Of a stretch of DNA of 64,000 nucleotides, positions 1 to 8,749 are shown piece after piece. The stretch lies in IMG/VR virus record IMGVR_UViG_3300036852_000239, positions 3,172 through 67,171 of that record. One strand, 5' to 3'. Below the pieces are notes generated by a model. The model was not told the origin of the DNA. It did no database searches and saw nothing but the letters and a program-made list of their open reading frames with translations. The DNA comes from a virus. Every line of letters begins with the position of its first letter. Positions within the stretch are counted from its first letter, which is position 1. Both the position numbers and the translations under genes were made by a program.

Positions 1-290
1 TCATCGTCCTCGCTACGCGACCTCGCCAATCGGGAAGGCCAGGGAAGCTCCGCCTTGAACGGCCGGCGCAACGTCACCCGGACGAGGTTCCCGAAGGCAT
101 CCGCATACGAGTAGCCATTGGGCTGGTCGAACGTCTCCACCAGCCAGTCCCCGGTCGTCTCGTCGCGTTCTATCCGTGCCTCGACCGGGACCGTGGTGTA
201 GACGATGTCGTGCAAGGTGCACCAGTCGTGAAGTGCTTCGCGTTCCTGCTCGGTCAGCTCCACGTACGGGATGCGTTCGTAGACGGCCAT
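1..290 (-). CDS. Hypothetical protein, runs off the window edge; resembles the tail-region protein at 49440-49793
   Basis: Hand translation from ATG at 290: MAVYERIPYVELTEQEREALHDWCTLHDIVYTTVP...; no stop before position 1; start overlaps the upstream stop. Confidence 0.6.
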   Translation of the reverse strand, partial: MAVYERIPYVELTEQEREALHDWCTLHDIVYTTVPVEARIERDETTGDWLVETFDQPNGYSYADAFGNLVRVTLRRPFKAELPWPSRLARSRSEDD

Positions 291-547
291 CAGCTCACCT
301 CCACCCTTCCGCGTAGACGGATCTCCCCGGTTGTGCCCTTGCCGCTCAGTGCCCTCAGTAGCTCTTCCACGGTCAGCGCACGCTCCAACTCGTAGACCGC
401 TACGCCGCAGCCACGCTGGCAGATGTAGGCCCGAAACCCGGCGGCGAGCTCATCGAAACTGGTCCGCTCGATCAGCTCTCCATGGCCTTCCCGGTTGCAG
501 ATCTCCCGGATCACCGCCAGACGGGTCTCGTTGTCGATCTCGGTCAT
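290..547 (-). CDS. Hypothetical protein
   Basis: MTEIDNETRL...; ATG at 547 overlaps the stop of the upstream gene. Confidence 0.6.
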   Translation of the reverse strand: MTEIDNETRLAVIREICNREGHGELIERTSFDELAAGFRAYICQRGCGVAVYELERALTVEELLRALSGKGTTGEIRLRGRVEVS

Positions 548-1083
548 CTTCTCCCCAACTCTCCGATGCCGACCACCACGCCGTCGGCGAACCCTTCGCT
601 GTTGACTCGGTGGACGAGCAGCTGACCCACGCCGAAGTGGACGACCTTGTGGCCGTCCTGCGTCCAGACGGACACGTGGTCCTGAACGTACAGGGCGAAG
701 CCGTCCTCCATCCGGGCCTTGAACCTGACCTCCCACGAGGCGCGGCCCGGCATGTACTTGCGGGAAGTGGCCTCGCGCATCTTCGGCTCGATCAGCTCGG
801 AACAGATGCGACAGTGGTACTCGGTGATCCAATATCCTTCGCAGTCGTCATCGTGGTCCGGATCGGTGCAAACGATTTCCCGCTGCTCCGCCTTCAACGT
901 CGGCAGGTTGCCTTTCTTGGTGTAGGCGTGCATGTGTCCAGCGCTGTCGAGGAACGTCCAGTTGGGATCGGGTTCCACGCTGGCCGTGACGTCGATCTGC
1001 TCCACGTCGTAGTCGATGGACGCCTCGATCAGGCCCTTGCCGTTGATGAGGACGTTGAGCGGGTGATCCGTGGCCTGGGGCAT
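544..1083 (-). CDS. Tail-tube-like protein with Cys/His insertion
   Basis: ASIDYDVEQIDVT and RKYMPGRASWEVRF resemble siphovirus tail-tube signatures; insert CTDPDHDDDC...HCRIC. Confidence 0.45.
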   Translation of the reverse strand: MPQATDHPLNVLINGKGLIEASIDYDVEQIDVTASVEPDPNWTFLDSAGHMHAYTKKGNLPTLKAEQREIVCTDPDHDDDCEGYWITEYHCRICSELIEPKMREATSRKYMPGRASWEVRFKARMEDGFALYVQDHVSVWTQDGHKVVHFGVGQLLVHRVNSEGFADGVVVGIGELGRR

Positions 1084-1241
1084 CAGTAGCCTCCGTGTTC
1101 TTCAGGGTCACAGCCGCGCATCTTGATCGGCTTCGGTGTTTTGGCGTAGAGGTAGCAGTTCTCGTAGCTCCAGCAGCGGCGAGGCATGCGGCACGGGCCG
1201 GGTCGGCAGGCACCCTCGCGCTTGTCGCGAAGCGGAATCAT
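1083..1241 (-). CDS. Small Cys-rich protein
   Basis: MIPLRDKREGACRPGPCRMPRRCWSYENC...; overlaps both neighbours. Confidence 0.45.
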   Translation of the reverse strand: MIPLRDKREGACRPGPCRMPRRCWSYENCYLYAKTPKPIKMRGCDPEEHGGY

Positions 1242-1609
1242 CTGTGCTCCTCCATGCTCTTGGCGATCGTTCCCTCAACCCTGCCGGTGACATCAGGTCC
1301 GCCGTCCCACTGATCAAGTACGGCGTTGAAGGAGTGGGAGATGTAGCGGACCTTCAGCCGCGAGAAAAGGCGTGGGAGCCAGCCCTGCCATCTACCGTCC
1401 GGGACATCGAAGGTGACGCGGACCTTGCCCTGCGTCTCGGGGAACGGCTGGAACATGCCGCCAGAGTTGTTGAAGGTGAACGTCGCGCTGGCCGACTTCA
1501 GCCCGGCCAGGTACTCGCCCCAGATTTCGCTGTCGGGTATGCCGTGGTCGATGGTCACGTCGTTCACGAAGGACGTCATGTCCACGCCGTTGATGTTGAA
1601 CTTGTCCAT
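1238..1609 (-). CDS. Tail-tube-like protein (shortened)
   Basis: INGVDMTSFVNDVTI...WGEYLAGLKSASATFTF versus FNSVNLSDHGTNFQL...WRESTGGLKSGTFTM at 49030-49443; GAAGGAGG RBS. Confidence 0.55.
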   Translation of the reverse strand: MDKFNINGVDMTSFVNDVTIDHGIPDSEIWGEYLAGLKSASATFTFNNSGGMFQPFPETQGKVRVTFDVPDGRWQGWLPRLFSRLKVRYISHSFNAVLDQWDGGPDVTGRVEGTIAKSMEEHR

Positions 1610-1775
1610 CAGCGCCTCCTTCGGCGTCGGGCCAGCAGAGCATCAGTTGACTTAGACGACGGGTGTACCGAGCTCGGAAAACTCGACACTTGCGGGCCGA
1701 GCGCCATGATTTGCGATACTTCGTCCGCAAAACACTTCCAGCCACGGGGACTGACCTCGAGAAACGTCTGACCGG

Positions 1776-2120
1776 TCACGACTTCTCCCGGTGCGGGTCG
1801 TCGTAGATCTCGCCGTCACGCTTGAGCCACTCCCGGGACTCGTGGTGCTCCATCCGAAGCAACCTCGACGACAACCACACGCCGAACGGGACATAGCCCT
1901 CGATCACACCCATGTCCACGACCTCGCGCGCTTCGACCGGGATCGTCCGTGACGGATCGCGACTGTCCGGTGCATGGAAGCGCACGATCAGCATCGCGCT
2001 CACCCATGGGCTCGGGTCCGCGACGATGCGCATCTCCCAGCCCGGCTTGTATGTCCAGCGGGCGAGCTCCTCCTGAAGCCGCTTGACGGTCAGGTAGTCG
2101 GTGATTGGATCAACTGTCAC
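1776..2120 (-). CDS. Hypothetical phage protein
   Basis: 114 aa, YKPGWE and EHHESREWL motifs; operon overlaps. Confidence 0.65.
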   Translation of the reverse strand: MTVDPITDYLTVKRLQEELARWTYKPGWEMRIVADPSPWVSAMLIVRFHAPDSRDPSRTIPVEAREVVDMGVIEGYVPFGVWLSSRLLRMEHHESREWLKRDGEIYDDPHREKS

Positions 2121-2409
2121 GGCTTGCCTCGTCGCCGGCCTTCAGGACTCCACCCGTGGCCTTCTCGTCTTCTCCGTCGAGCACGGCCAGGATCGCCACG
2201 GGATCGAGCGCGCCGTCCTCGTGGGTGCACACGCCGGTCTGGTCGTAGGCGCACGGCTTCGACGCCACCTCGGCCAACTCGCGTACCTTGCGGATGCGCC
2301 CCTCCAACACCTTGATCCGCTCTTCGAAGCGCTCCTTCAGCTCGTCAGCGATCTCCTTGAGCTGCTTGTCGTCGATCCGGACGTTCACGGTTGCGGTTTT
2401 CTGTGCCAT
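2110..2409 (-). CDS. Hypothetical protein
   Basis: MAQKTATVNV...; AAGGAG RBS; TAATG coupling. Confidence 0.6.
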   Translation of the reverse strand: MAQKTATVNVRIDDKQLKEIADELKERFEERIKVLEGRIRKVRELAEVASKPCAYDQTGVCTHEDGALDPVAILAVLDGEDEKATGGVLKAGDEASRDS

Positions 2410-2771
2410 TACTGCTGCTCCTTGAGTAGGTCCCGGATCTGCTCGGCGTTGCAGCATTCGATCTTCGCTATGTAGTCGAGTGCGGCCTGACGCTGACGCT
2501 CCAAAACGAACACACGCTCTCGTAACGCATCAAAAGCAGCACCGACAGGGAGACCCGATGTGCCCGAGGCCTGGCGGTCCCGATCGGCCGGGTCGGTGAT
2601 GAACACCTCGTAGACCTGCTGCGGGTCGATGAGCAGGCGCACCCGCTCGCACTCCTGCGCCAAGCCCAGCATGGCGTCGCGTTGGCGAGCCAGCAGGTCC
2701 CGTTCTTCCTCGGTGGGCATCGGGTTAGGAAGAACAGGGTCGGAGTTAGGAAGAAGCTCATCAGAAGTCAT
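2409..2771 (-). CDS. Hypothetical protein
   Basis: 120 aa ORF coupled to neighbours. Confidence 0.6.
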   Translation of the reverse strand: MTSDELLPNSDPVLPNPMPTEEERDLLARQRDAMLGLAQECERVRLLIDPQQVYEVFITDPADRDRQASGTSGLPVGAAFDALRERVFVLERQRQAALDYIAKIECCNAEQIRDLLKEQQ

Positions 2772-3102
2772 GGTGGCACTCCTGACAGAAGTTAATCTTC
2801 TCGGCGCGAATGGTCAGCAGCCGCCACAGCGACTCGACCAGCGACGGCTCGAACTCGTTCCCCCGGAACAAGCGCTGGCGATGCGGCGGCAGCGCGCCGC
2901 GCTTGATGAGCTTCCACATCTCTCGGCGGTAGGCGCGCACCAGATCCTTCGCAGTCCGGTAGCCGTGGCCGCACTCCAGGCACCACTCCCACGCGTCGCC
3001 GCGCTCGTCGACACCGCACGAGTAGCAGTGGTATCCCTCGCAGCCGTCGTCAGGGTCATGTACCTCGACCTCGCGGGTTGAGGTCGGACCCAGCCAGATC
3101 AT
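2761..3102 (-). CDS. Zn-ribbon hypothetical protein
   Basis: CYSC, CLEC and CQEC motifs. Confidence 0.6.
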   Translation of the reverse strand: MIWLGPTSTREVEVHDPDDGCEGYHCYSCGVDERGDAWEWCLECGHGYRTAKDLVRAYRREMWKLIKRGALPPHRQRLFRGNEFEPSLVESLWRLLTIRAEKINFCQECHHDF

Positions 3103-3272
3103 CGCTCCTCCAAAAGCTCTGGTGTGTCGGAGGCGTCGATGACCAGGCCGCCGTCTGGCCAGCGTTGGGCCTGCATACCGTGGACCTTCTCCAGGTGCTC
3201 GACGATCTCTGTGATGCTCTGGGTTTCGGCGCCGCAGAGAGCACAGACTGACCGCAGGCGTCGCGGGATCAC
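3099..3272 (-). CDS. Small C2H2-like protein
   Basis: CALC...HLEKVH; GTG start with AAAGGAG RBS. Confidence 0.55.
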   Translation of the reverse strand: MIPRRLRSVCALCGAETQSITEIVEHLEKVHGMQAQRWPDGGLVIDASDTPELLEER

Positions 3273-3436
3273 CGGGTCTCCTTTCGCTGCTTGGGTTGGG
3301 AGCGTCGCTCCTGCAACGCTTTCCACTCCTCTAGATGTTCTTGGGGGTCGTACTCGAGGTGAACGCCGATGGAGTGCAGATGCTGAGCGAACTCGGCCAG
3401 GTTCAGCGGATGGATCGCGGCGAAGTGATCATCCAT
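3269..3436 (-). CDS. Hypothetical protein
   Basis: MDDHFAAIH...; AAGGAGG upstream. Confidence 0.55.
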   Translation of the reverse strand: MDDHFAAIHPLNLAEFAQHLHSIGVHLEYDPQEHLEEWKALQERRSQPKQRKETR

Positions 3437-3464
3437 CGGCTCCCGCCTCCTTGTCTGTGTCGGA

Positions 3465-3750
3465 TTGACGCCCGATATCGGTTCCTGTTTCATCGACGGT
3501 CGCCAGGGCAAGCCCCGGTCTTACACCCTCTCCGCAGGCGTTTAGCCTCTCCGCCCGTCCGGCGGCGAGGATGTTCTTGGCAGCGTTGTGGTCCCGATCG
3601 ATGACCAGGCCGCACGCCGGACATTCGAAGGTGCGGATCCTCAGGGGCATCGCTGCCTTGACAGATGCGCATCCTGAGCACCGCTTAGATGTCGGCTCGA
3701 AGCGACCAACGGCATGCACAACCCTGCCGTACAAAGTGCCCTTTTCGTCC
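3465..3750 (-). mobile_element. tnpB: IS200/IS605-family tnpB 3' remnant (Zn ribbon, RuvC-III, omegaRNA region, TCAA right end)
   Basis: YGRVVHAVGRFEPTSKRCSGC...FECPACGLVIDRDHNAAKNIL is the TnpB C-terminus; followed by AACGCCTGCGGAGAGGGTGTAAGACC...GAAACAGGAACC and GTCAA. Confidence 0.85.
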
Positions 3751-3829
3751 CGTACCGGCGCAGGGTCTTCTCGATTTCGGCGCGTGAACGGTCGCTGGAG
3801 ACCTCAGTACGCTCCGCGTAACGGGTCAT
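3751..3829 (-). pseudogene. 5' fragment of a phage gene cut at the tnpB junction
   Basis: MTRYAERTEVSSDRSRAEIEKTLRRYG with GAGGAG RBS, then an abrupt out-of-frame switch into tnpB sequence. Confidence 0.6.
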
Positions 3830-3833
3830 CGGT

Positions 3834-4100
3834 CTACTCCTCTGATGTGGTGGGGGCTGGCTGGCATTGAGCGAGTTGGACGATCGCGGCGGCGAACAGC
3901 GAGGCCTGGCCCACCGGCTCTTGCTGGCCGATCTCGTAAAGCTGGGCGGCAAGGACGTCGACCAACTGGACCCGGTTCCAGCCCTCGGCCAGGTCCGCGC
4001 GGGCGCGGTCGACCATTGCGCCGAGCTCGCCGGAGATCTGATCGAACAGCGCCACTACCGCCGGTTCAGCAGGAGTAGACGCGTCGAAAGGAGTGATCAT
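3834..4100 (-). CDS. Hypothetical protein
   Basis: 88 aa; ATGA coupling. Confidence 0.6.
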   Translation of the reverse strand: MITPFDASTPAEPAVVALFDQISGELGAMVDRARADLAEGWNRVQLVDVLAAQLYEIGQQEPVGQASLFAAAIVQLAQCQPAPTTSEE

Positions 4101-5578
4101 CTCGTCGCCTCCGGTCGGGGCAGTTTGGTGATGGCTGTTCGGTCGGGTTCCACCACGTCCACGCCGTCCAGGGCGGACAGGTCGAACCAGACGGCCAGAT
4201 CGTGCTCATCTGAGAGCGTCACCTCGCGTGCGGCGGCGGACTCGCAACGGAAGAACGTGCCGGTGATCTCGTGTGGGACCCCCCGGATGGTGGGGGACCA
4301 GGAGCCGGTGTGCACCTGCTCGCCCACCTGGACGGTCAGGCCGGTCTCCTCGACGACCTCCCGCACCAGGCCCTGCTCCAGTGTTTCGCCTGGGTTGATC
4401 CGGCCTCCCGGGAGCTGCCAGCGGCCCGCCTGGGTGCCGTCAGGGGTGGAGGAGGACTCCCGTAGCAGCAGGATCTGATCGTTCTCGTTGACGATCAGGG
4501 CCTTGGCCGCTGCGGCGTGGACGATCTCCGGGTGAGCCGGAGCGTCCTCGGCCGGCGCCTCCGGTTGCGGGCGACGGCGAGCGATCTCCTCGCGCATCTC
4601 GACGCGCAGTTCTTCGATGCGGCCCTCGGCGAGCATCTGAACACGGCGCGGTGCCTCACCGGGCTCGTAGAGGCCATGGTTCCCGCAGCCGGGGCAGTAG
4701 AACTCCCGGCCGCCCGAATAGGACTGGTAGGTCGTCCGCTCATTGCAGGCTGGGCAGCGGTGAGGCTGGGGCGGTTCTTCGCCGCCATCCACCGACAGAA
4801 CGGCGAGAGACTCGATGGGAGCGGAGTTGCACTCGGCACAGATGTAGCTGGAGCCCTCATGGCGAAGCGGCCCGCGTCTCCCGCATTCCTGACAGTGGTG
4901 GTAGTGGCCGTCTTCGAACCACATCTCCATCATCTCCCGGACCTTGCCCAGGGCCGCGTCTACGATCCGGTCACAGTCCTTCGGCGAGATCCGGGCGGGC
5001 GTTCCGGCGGGAGCCTTCTTGTGCGGCCACAGGGCACCCCAGCCCCACAAATGCCCAGACGTGGTGAGCATCTTCCACCGGCCATCGCCGAGCTTGCAGC
5101 CTCGTTGTGACGCGGCCTCGAGATCGGTGAGACGTTTCAACTCGGCGCGGGCTTCGGCGAGGTCTCGGGTGACCCGCTCGAGCTCGGCCGCCAGCTTCTT
5201 GATCTCAAGGTCTCGCCACCGGACCTCGCCCCAGGCTTTCATCGTTTCGTCGTTGCCACGCTCGATGTGCAATTGCGCGATGTCCAGCTCTGCCATGAGC
5301 CAGTCGAGCAGCGCGCCGAGATCTGGCAGCACGCCCTCCCGTGCCGGATCGTCCTGCTGCCACAAGGCTGTAGCGGCTTCCATCCGGGTGTGCTGGAGAT
5401 CAAACAAGGCGGTCAGCTCAGCCAGTTCGTCGGCCTGTCGCTCGACCTCGGCTAGCAGTGCCCGCGTGTGGCAGAAGAAGATCGACGCCTCATCGGTGCG
5501 CGCAAAGTCGTCACGGTCGACAAGGTCCTTCCGGATCTCTGCGATCAGCTCGGGTGTCATAGCGGAAGACTCGGTCAC
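4097..5578 (-). CDS. Multidomain protein: coiled coil, Zn ribbons and C-terminal NUDIX hydrolase
   Basis: Nudix box WQLPGGRINPGETLEQGLVREVVEETGL; CQEC/CAEC and CPAC/CPGC. Confidence 0.85.
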   Translation of the reverse strand: MTESSAMTPELIAEIRKDLVDRDDFARTDEASIFFCHTRALLAEVERQADELAELTALFDLQHTRMEAATALWQQDDPAREGVLPDLGALLDWLMAELDIAQLHIERGNDETMKAWGEVRWRDLEIKKLAAELERVTRDLAEARAELKRLTDLEAASQRGCKLGDGRWKMLTTSGHLWGWGALWPHKKAPAGTPARISPKDCDRIVDAALGKVREMMEMWFEDGHYHHCQECGRRGPLRHEGSSYICAECNSAPIESLAVLSVDGGEEPPQPHRCPACNERTTYQSYSGGREFYCPGCGNHGLYEPGEAPRRVQMLAEGRIEELRVEMREEIARRRPQPEAPAEDAPAHPEIVHAAAAKALIVNENDQILLLRESSSTPDGTQAGRWQLPGGRINPGETLEQGLVREVVEETGLTVQVGEQVHTGSWSPTIRGVPHEITGTFFRCESAAAREVTLSDEHDLAVWFDLSALDGVDVVEPDRTAITKLPRPEATR

Positions 5579-6393
5579 CGCTCCTCCTCAAGATCTTCGT
5601 GGGTACCGTCCGCCATCCGCCAGGTCTCACAGGGCCAGCGATAGCCGCACTCGTTGCAGTAGTCGCCGGCCAGGCCGCCTTCGGCCGTCTCCCGTGAGTG
5701 CCACGCGGCGATGCGCTGCAACCGGTCTCCGGCGTCGTATGCCGCCGATTGAAGATCACGAAGGTGCCCGTAGGTCAGGCGCTCCGTTCCGTCCGCTGTC
5801 GCCACCGCAGCGACCGTGTCCCCCTCGCCCATGCCACGGAAGCGCGCGAGGACCAGGCCCACTCTGGCGAAGGCGTCGGTCACCTTCGGGTTTTCGATCT
5901 TAGGCATCGCTGGCTTCCTTGCGCCGATCTTCTCTTCGGTCACCGGGAACCTCCCTCGTCCTTCGGCGGCTTGGCTGGCGAGGTGCCCATGCTCATCCGG
6001 TAGGCGCAGTTGGAGCAGGTGTTCTGGAGTAGCAGCGACGCGATCCGACCAAGTTGGGCGGTGCAGTACTGACAGCGGCGCCTGGCCATGGGCCACCGCC
6101 GTGGGCGTGATGAACTCGGTGACGGGTGCCTCGGCCCAGGCGATCGAGTCCTGGCCGTATTCGGCGGCGTACTTGGCCAGGGTCAGCTTCAGCCCGGTCT
6201 TCTGTGGGTCCCATTCGAAGCACCAGCACGCGTTCTGCCACGGCTCGGCCGAAGGGGAGACCCAGGCTCCGTGGATTGTGCCCGCCCAGCGACGAACGAG
6301 GTTGTCGATGTCCTGGCGGTACATGGACCATTCGCGCTGGGTGAGCTTGTCGTCGCTATTCCCGATGGAAAGGTAGATCGTTTTAGTGCTCAT
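5575..6393 (-). CDS. Hypothetical multi-module phage protein
   Basis: MSTKTIYLSIGNSDDKLTQREWS...; C-terminal H...CNECGYRWPCET motif. Confidence 0.65.
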   Translation of the reverse strand: MSTKTIYLSIGNSDDKLTQREWSMYRQDIDNLVRRWAGTIHGAWVSPSAEPWQNACWCFEWDPQKTGLKLTLAKYAAEYGQDSIAWAEAPVTEFITPTAVAHGQAPLSVLHRPTWSDRVAATPEHLLQLRLPDEHGHLASQAAEGRGRFPVTEEKIGARKPAMPKIENPKVTDAFARVGLVLARFRGMGEGDTVAAVATADGTERLTYGHLRDLQSAAYDAGDRLQRIAAWHSRETAEGGLAGDYCNECGYRWPCETWRMADGTHEDLEEER

Positions 6394-7267
6394 TGGCCGC
6401 CTCCACAGGAGAGGAAGACTCGGCGGCCATGCGGTTGAGACCGTCGGCGGCAGCCTGAGCCCGCTTCCACGCCTCCAGTGCCTCAGCCTCGTCGTCGCAG
6501 TCGTCCAGATCGATCTCAAGGAAGATGTCTGAGCTGGTGCAGGTGCCGGGCAGGTGCTCGTCGCCGGCGCGAGCCGGCAATGCGCTGCCGCATCGGACGC
6601 TGATTACGCCATCGCCGTCGTCTGCGAAGATCTCGCGGATCGCCTCCTCCTGGTCGTCGTGGATCCACCCGTAGCGGTCGGCCACGACCGCACGCCACGG
6701 GCCGGTGGAAGACTCGGCGGCGGGTGATCCATTGGCGAGCCGCAGCCACATCACGGCCACCTGCGCGTCCTGAACCCGTGCGAGGTCATCCAAGTCGAGC
6801 CACACGGCTGCGCTTTCCGCCTCCACTCGACTGCCATCACCGATCGCCTCACCAGGTTCGCGGCCAGTCAGATCCACGGAGAACAGCGAGTAGACCGTGT
6901 CGGCGGACTTGCTGGCGTAGCAGGTTCCGAGCGGGATCAGTTCGTCACGGGTGATCCCGTAGCCTGTCTCCTCGAGCATTTCGCGCACGGCATCGTCCTC
7001 GATATCGCCCCCTTCGTAGCCGCCGGTGATCGCGGACAGGACTTGGTCGAAGCCCCAGCACGGCGTCATCTCGGACTTGACCAAGAACTCGCGGCCGTGA
7101 GCCGTGTCGCGGTAGGGCAGGATCGCGACGATGCGTCCCTGACAGCGGGTCTCGTGCGAGTACACGTAACCGTTGACGCCTACGGATGGGTTGCGGACCT
7201 CGCGAAGGGAAACCCACCCGTTGTGGTGCAGCTCGATGTCGCAGATCTCGTTGGTCGACTCAGTCAC
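6383..7267 (-). CDS. NUDIX hydrolase fused to a second module
   Basis: GGYEGGDIEDDAVREMLEETGY Nudix box; GTG start at 7267 with GGAGG RBS. Confidence 0.8.
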   Translation of the reverse strand: MTESTNEICDIELHHNGWVSLREVRNPSVGVNGYVYSHETRCQGRIVAILPYRDTAHGREFLVKSEMTPCWGFDQVLSAITGGYEGGDIEDDAVREMLEETGYGITRDELIPLGTCYASKSADTVYSLFSVDLTGREPGEAIGDGSRVEAESAAVWLDLDDLARVQDAQVAVMWLRLANGSPAAESSTGPWRAVVADRYGWIHDDQEEAIREIFADDGDGVISVRCGSALPARAGDEHLPGTCTSSDIFLEIDLDDCDDEAEALEAWKRAQAAADGLNRMAAESSSPVEAANEH

Positions 7268-7307
7268 GGGTCGCCTCCACAGGCTCAAGAGAGGAAGACT
7301 CGGCGGC
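6398..7307. repeat. Dispersed gene-boundary repeat (encodes AAESSS..PVEA)
   Basis: CGCCTCCACAGG..AGAGGAAGACTCGGCGGC at 6398-6427 and 7272-7307; partial at 6707-6721; variants at 5564, 7979 and 8153. Confidence 0.75.
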
Positions 7308-7499
7308 TCGGATTGCGACGTCGAGACGGGATGCTCCCCATCGGAGCCAGTCCTCATGAGACATTTCGGCGCCATCGGTTCGGGCTTTGTGTGGGATCCG
7401 GTTGGCGGCGTAAGTCAATGCCCGCAGGAACGCGCGACCCGCATCAGGGGTCATGGTGAGCGCGACGGTGACGTCGTTCTCGGCGGCGGTCTTACTCAC
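7260..7499 (-). CDS. Hypothetical protein
   Basis: 79 aa coupled ORF ending AAESSSLEPVEATRD. Confidence 0.55.
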   Translation of the reverse strand: MSKTAAENDVTVALTMTPDAGRAFLRALTYAANRIPHKARTDGAEMSHEDWLRWGASRLDVAIRAAESSSLEPVEATRD

Positions 7500-7929
7500 G
7501 GGTGGACTCCTCGGCTTCGTCGGCTGCTTCCTCGATCGCCTCGGCCAGGTCCCGAGCAGCGGCAGGGGTCAGATTGGCCACCAGCCAGTCGCCGCCGCGA
7601 AGCATCACCCGGCCGGCCAGCACGTCAGGCTCCAACTCCTCGACCAGCAGCGTGTTGTTGTCGAATGCCGGCTCGCCCGGGACCACCCTGAGGCGCAGCT
7701 CTTCGGCGTAGTCCTCGCAGTGCTCGGTCCATGGCGCGCCTTCGTCGGCGCCGTCGAGCAGCATCCTCGCGGCGTACAGGATCCCGTTGTCGTAGGCCTT
7801 CTCCAGCGGCGTCTGCGCCTCGCCGTCCTCGGAGTTCTCCGCAGACTGGATGATCGAGCACAGGTAGGCGGCCAGCCGGTGGCGCTCCTGCTCCTGGACC
7901 TGCGCTGTGGCTTCGTCGATCTTGCTCAT
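7492..7929 (-). CDS. Hypothetical protein
   Basis: 145 aa; GAAGGAGATCAAC RBS. Confidence 0.65.
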   Translation of the reverse strand: MSKIDEATAQVQEQERHRLAAYLCSIIQSAENSEDGEAQTPLEKAYDNGILYAARMLLDGADEGAPWTEHCEDYAEELRLRVVPGEPAFDNNTLLVEELEPDVLAGRVMLRGGDWLVANLTPAAARDLAEAIEEAADEAEESTRE

Positions 7930-8301
7930 CTAGTTGATCTCCTTCGATCGCTGATCTTGTTTGGCGGGTTGGGTTACTGCCTCCACAGAGGAGGCGACAG
8001 GCTGGCACTCGGTCAGCCGGAAGTTGTGGACCTGGCATCGGCAACGCCTACAACGCGGGCACCAGCGCCAACAGCAGACGCATCGGCCGGGATCCTCAAT
8101 CCACTCATGCACCACGGACGGCCCTCCTGATCTCCTTCAGTCGGGTTGGAAACCACAGAGGAAGAGACAGGCGGCGTCTTGCTCTTGGTCAACTTCGCCC
8201 AAGCGCGGCGCTGAGCACGGTTACCGAACTGGTCAGGCGATGCCTTCTCCCGGTCAAGTTCGCCTCGGTCTGTGGCAACGAACACGGCTTTGTGACCCAT
8301 C

Positions 8302-8706
8302 TCAGCCCTCCTGGGTGTTCTGTTCGGTGCGGGCGACAGCGGGCAGGCCGTGCTCAAGTGCCTTGACTTGCTCGTCGATCTTGATCGCCTTCAAGCGTCG
8401 GTCGATGGCCTCGATCCAGGCAACACCGACAGCGACCACCTGAATCAGCTCGGCGCGGAGTTTGGCGGGGTCCTTCTCGGCGTACGCCTCGGCCACCTCT
8501 TCGTTGAGGATGTCGAGCCAAGTACCGGTCCCCTCGGCGAACTGGCGCTTGCACTCCAGCCGGGCCACGTCGGCGTCGCGAGCTGAGCCCGCGAAGCCGG
8601 TACCGTCGGGGTGGTTCTGCTCGCCCCACTTAGCGTCCTGGCGGGCGCGTTCGTCGAGGATCTCGTCGAGGACAGCGGTCGTGATGTGGATGGTCTTGGC
8701 GTTCAC
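8302..8706 (-). CDS. MazG-like all-alpha NTP pyrophosphohydrolase
   Basis: ERARQDAKWGEQNH...ILNEEVAEA...LRAELIQVVAV (EExxE...ELxQ pattern). Confidence 0.7.
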   Translation of the reverse strand: MNAKTIHITTAVLDEILDERARQDAKWGEQNHPDGTGFAGSARDADVARLECKRQFAEGTGTWLDILNEEVAEAYAEKDPAKLRAELIQVVAVGVAWIEAIDRRLKAIKIDEQVKALEHGLPAVARTEQNTQEG

Positions 8707-8749
8707 TAGTTGATCTCCCTTGGTGGATGGTGGGTCAGACCGCAGGGGG

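Noticed and set aside
3429-3734. Functional TnpB nuclease
   Set aside because: Only about 80 C-terminal residues remain; RuvC-I/II and tnpA are missing
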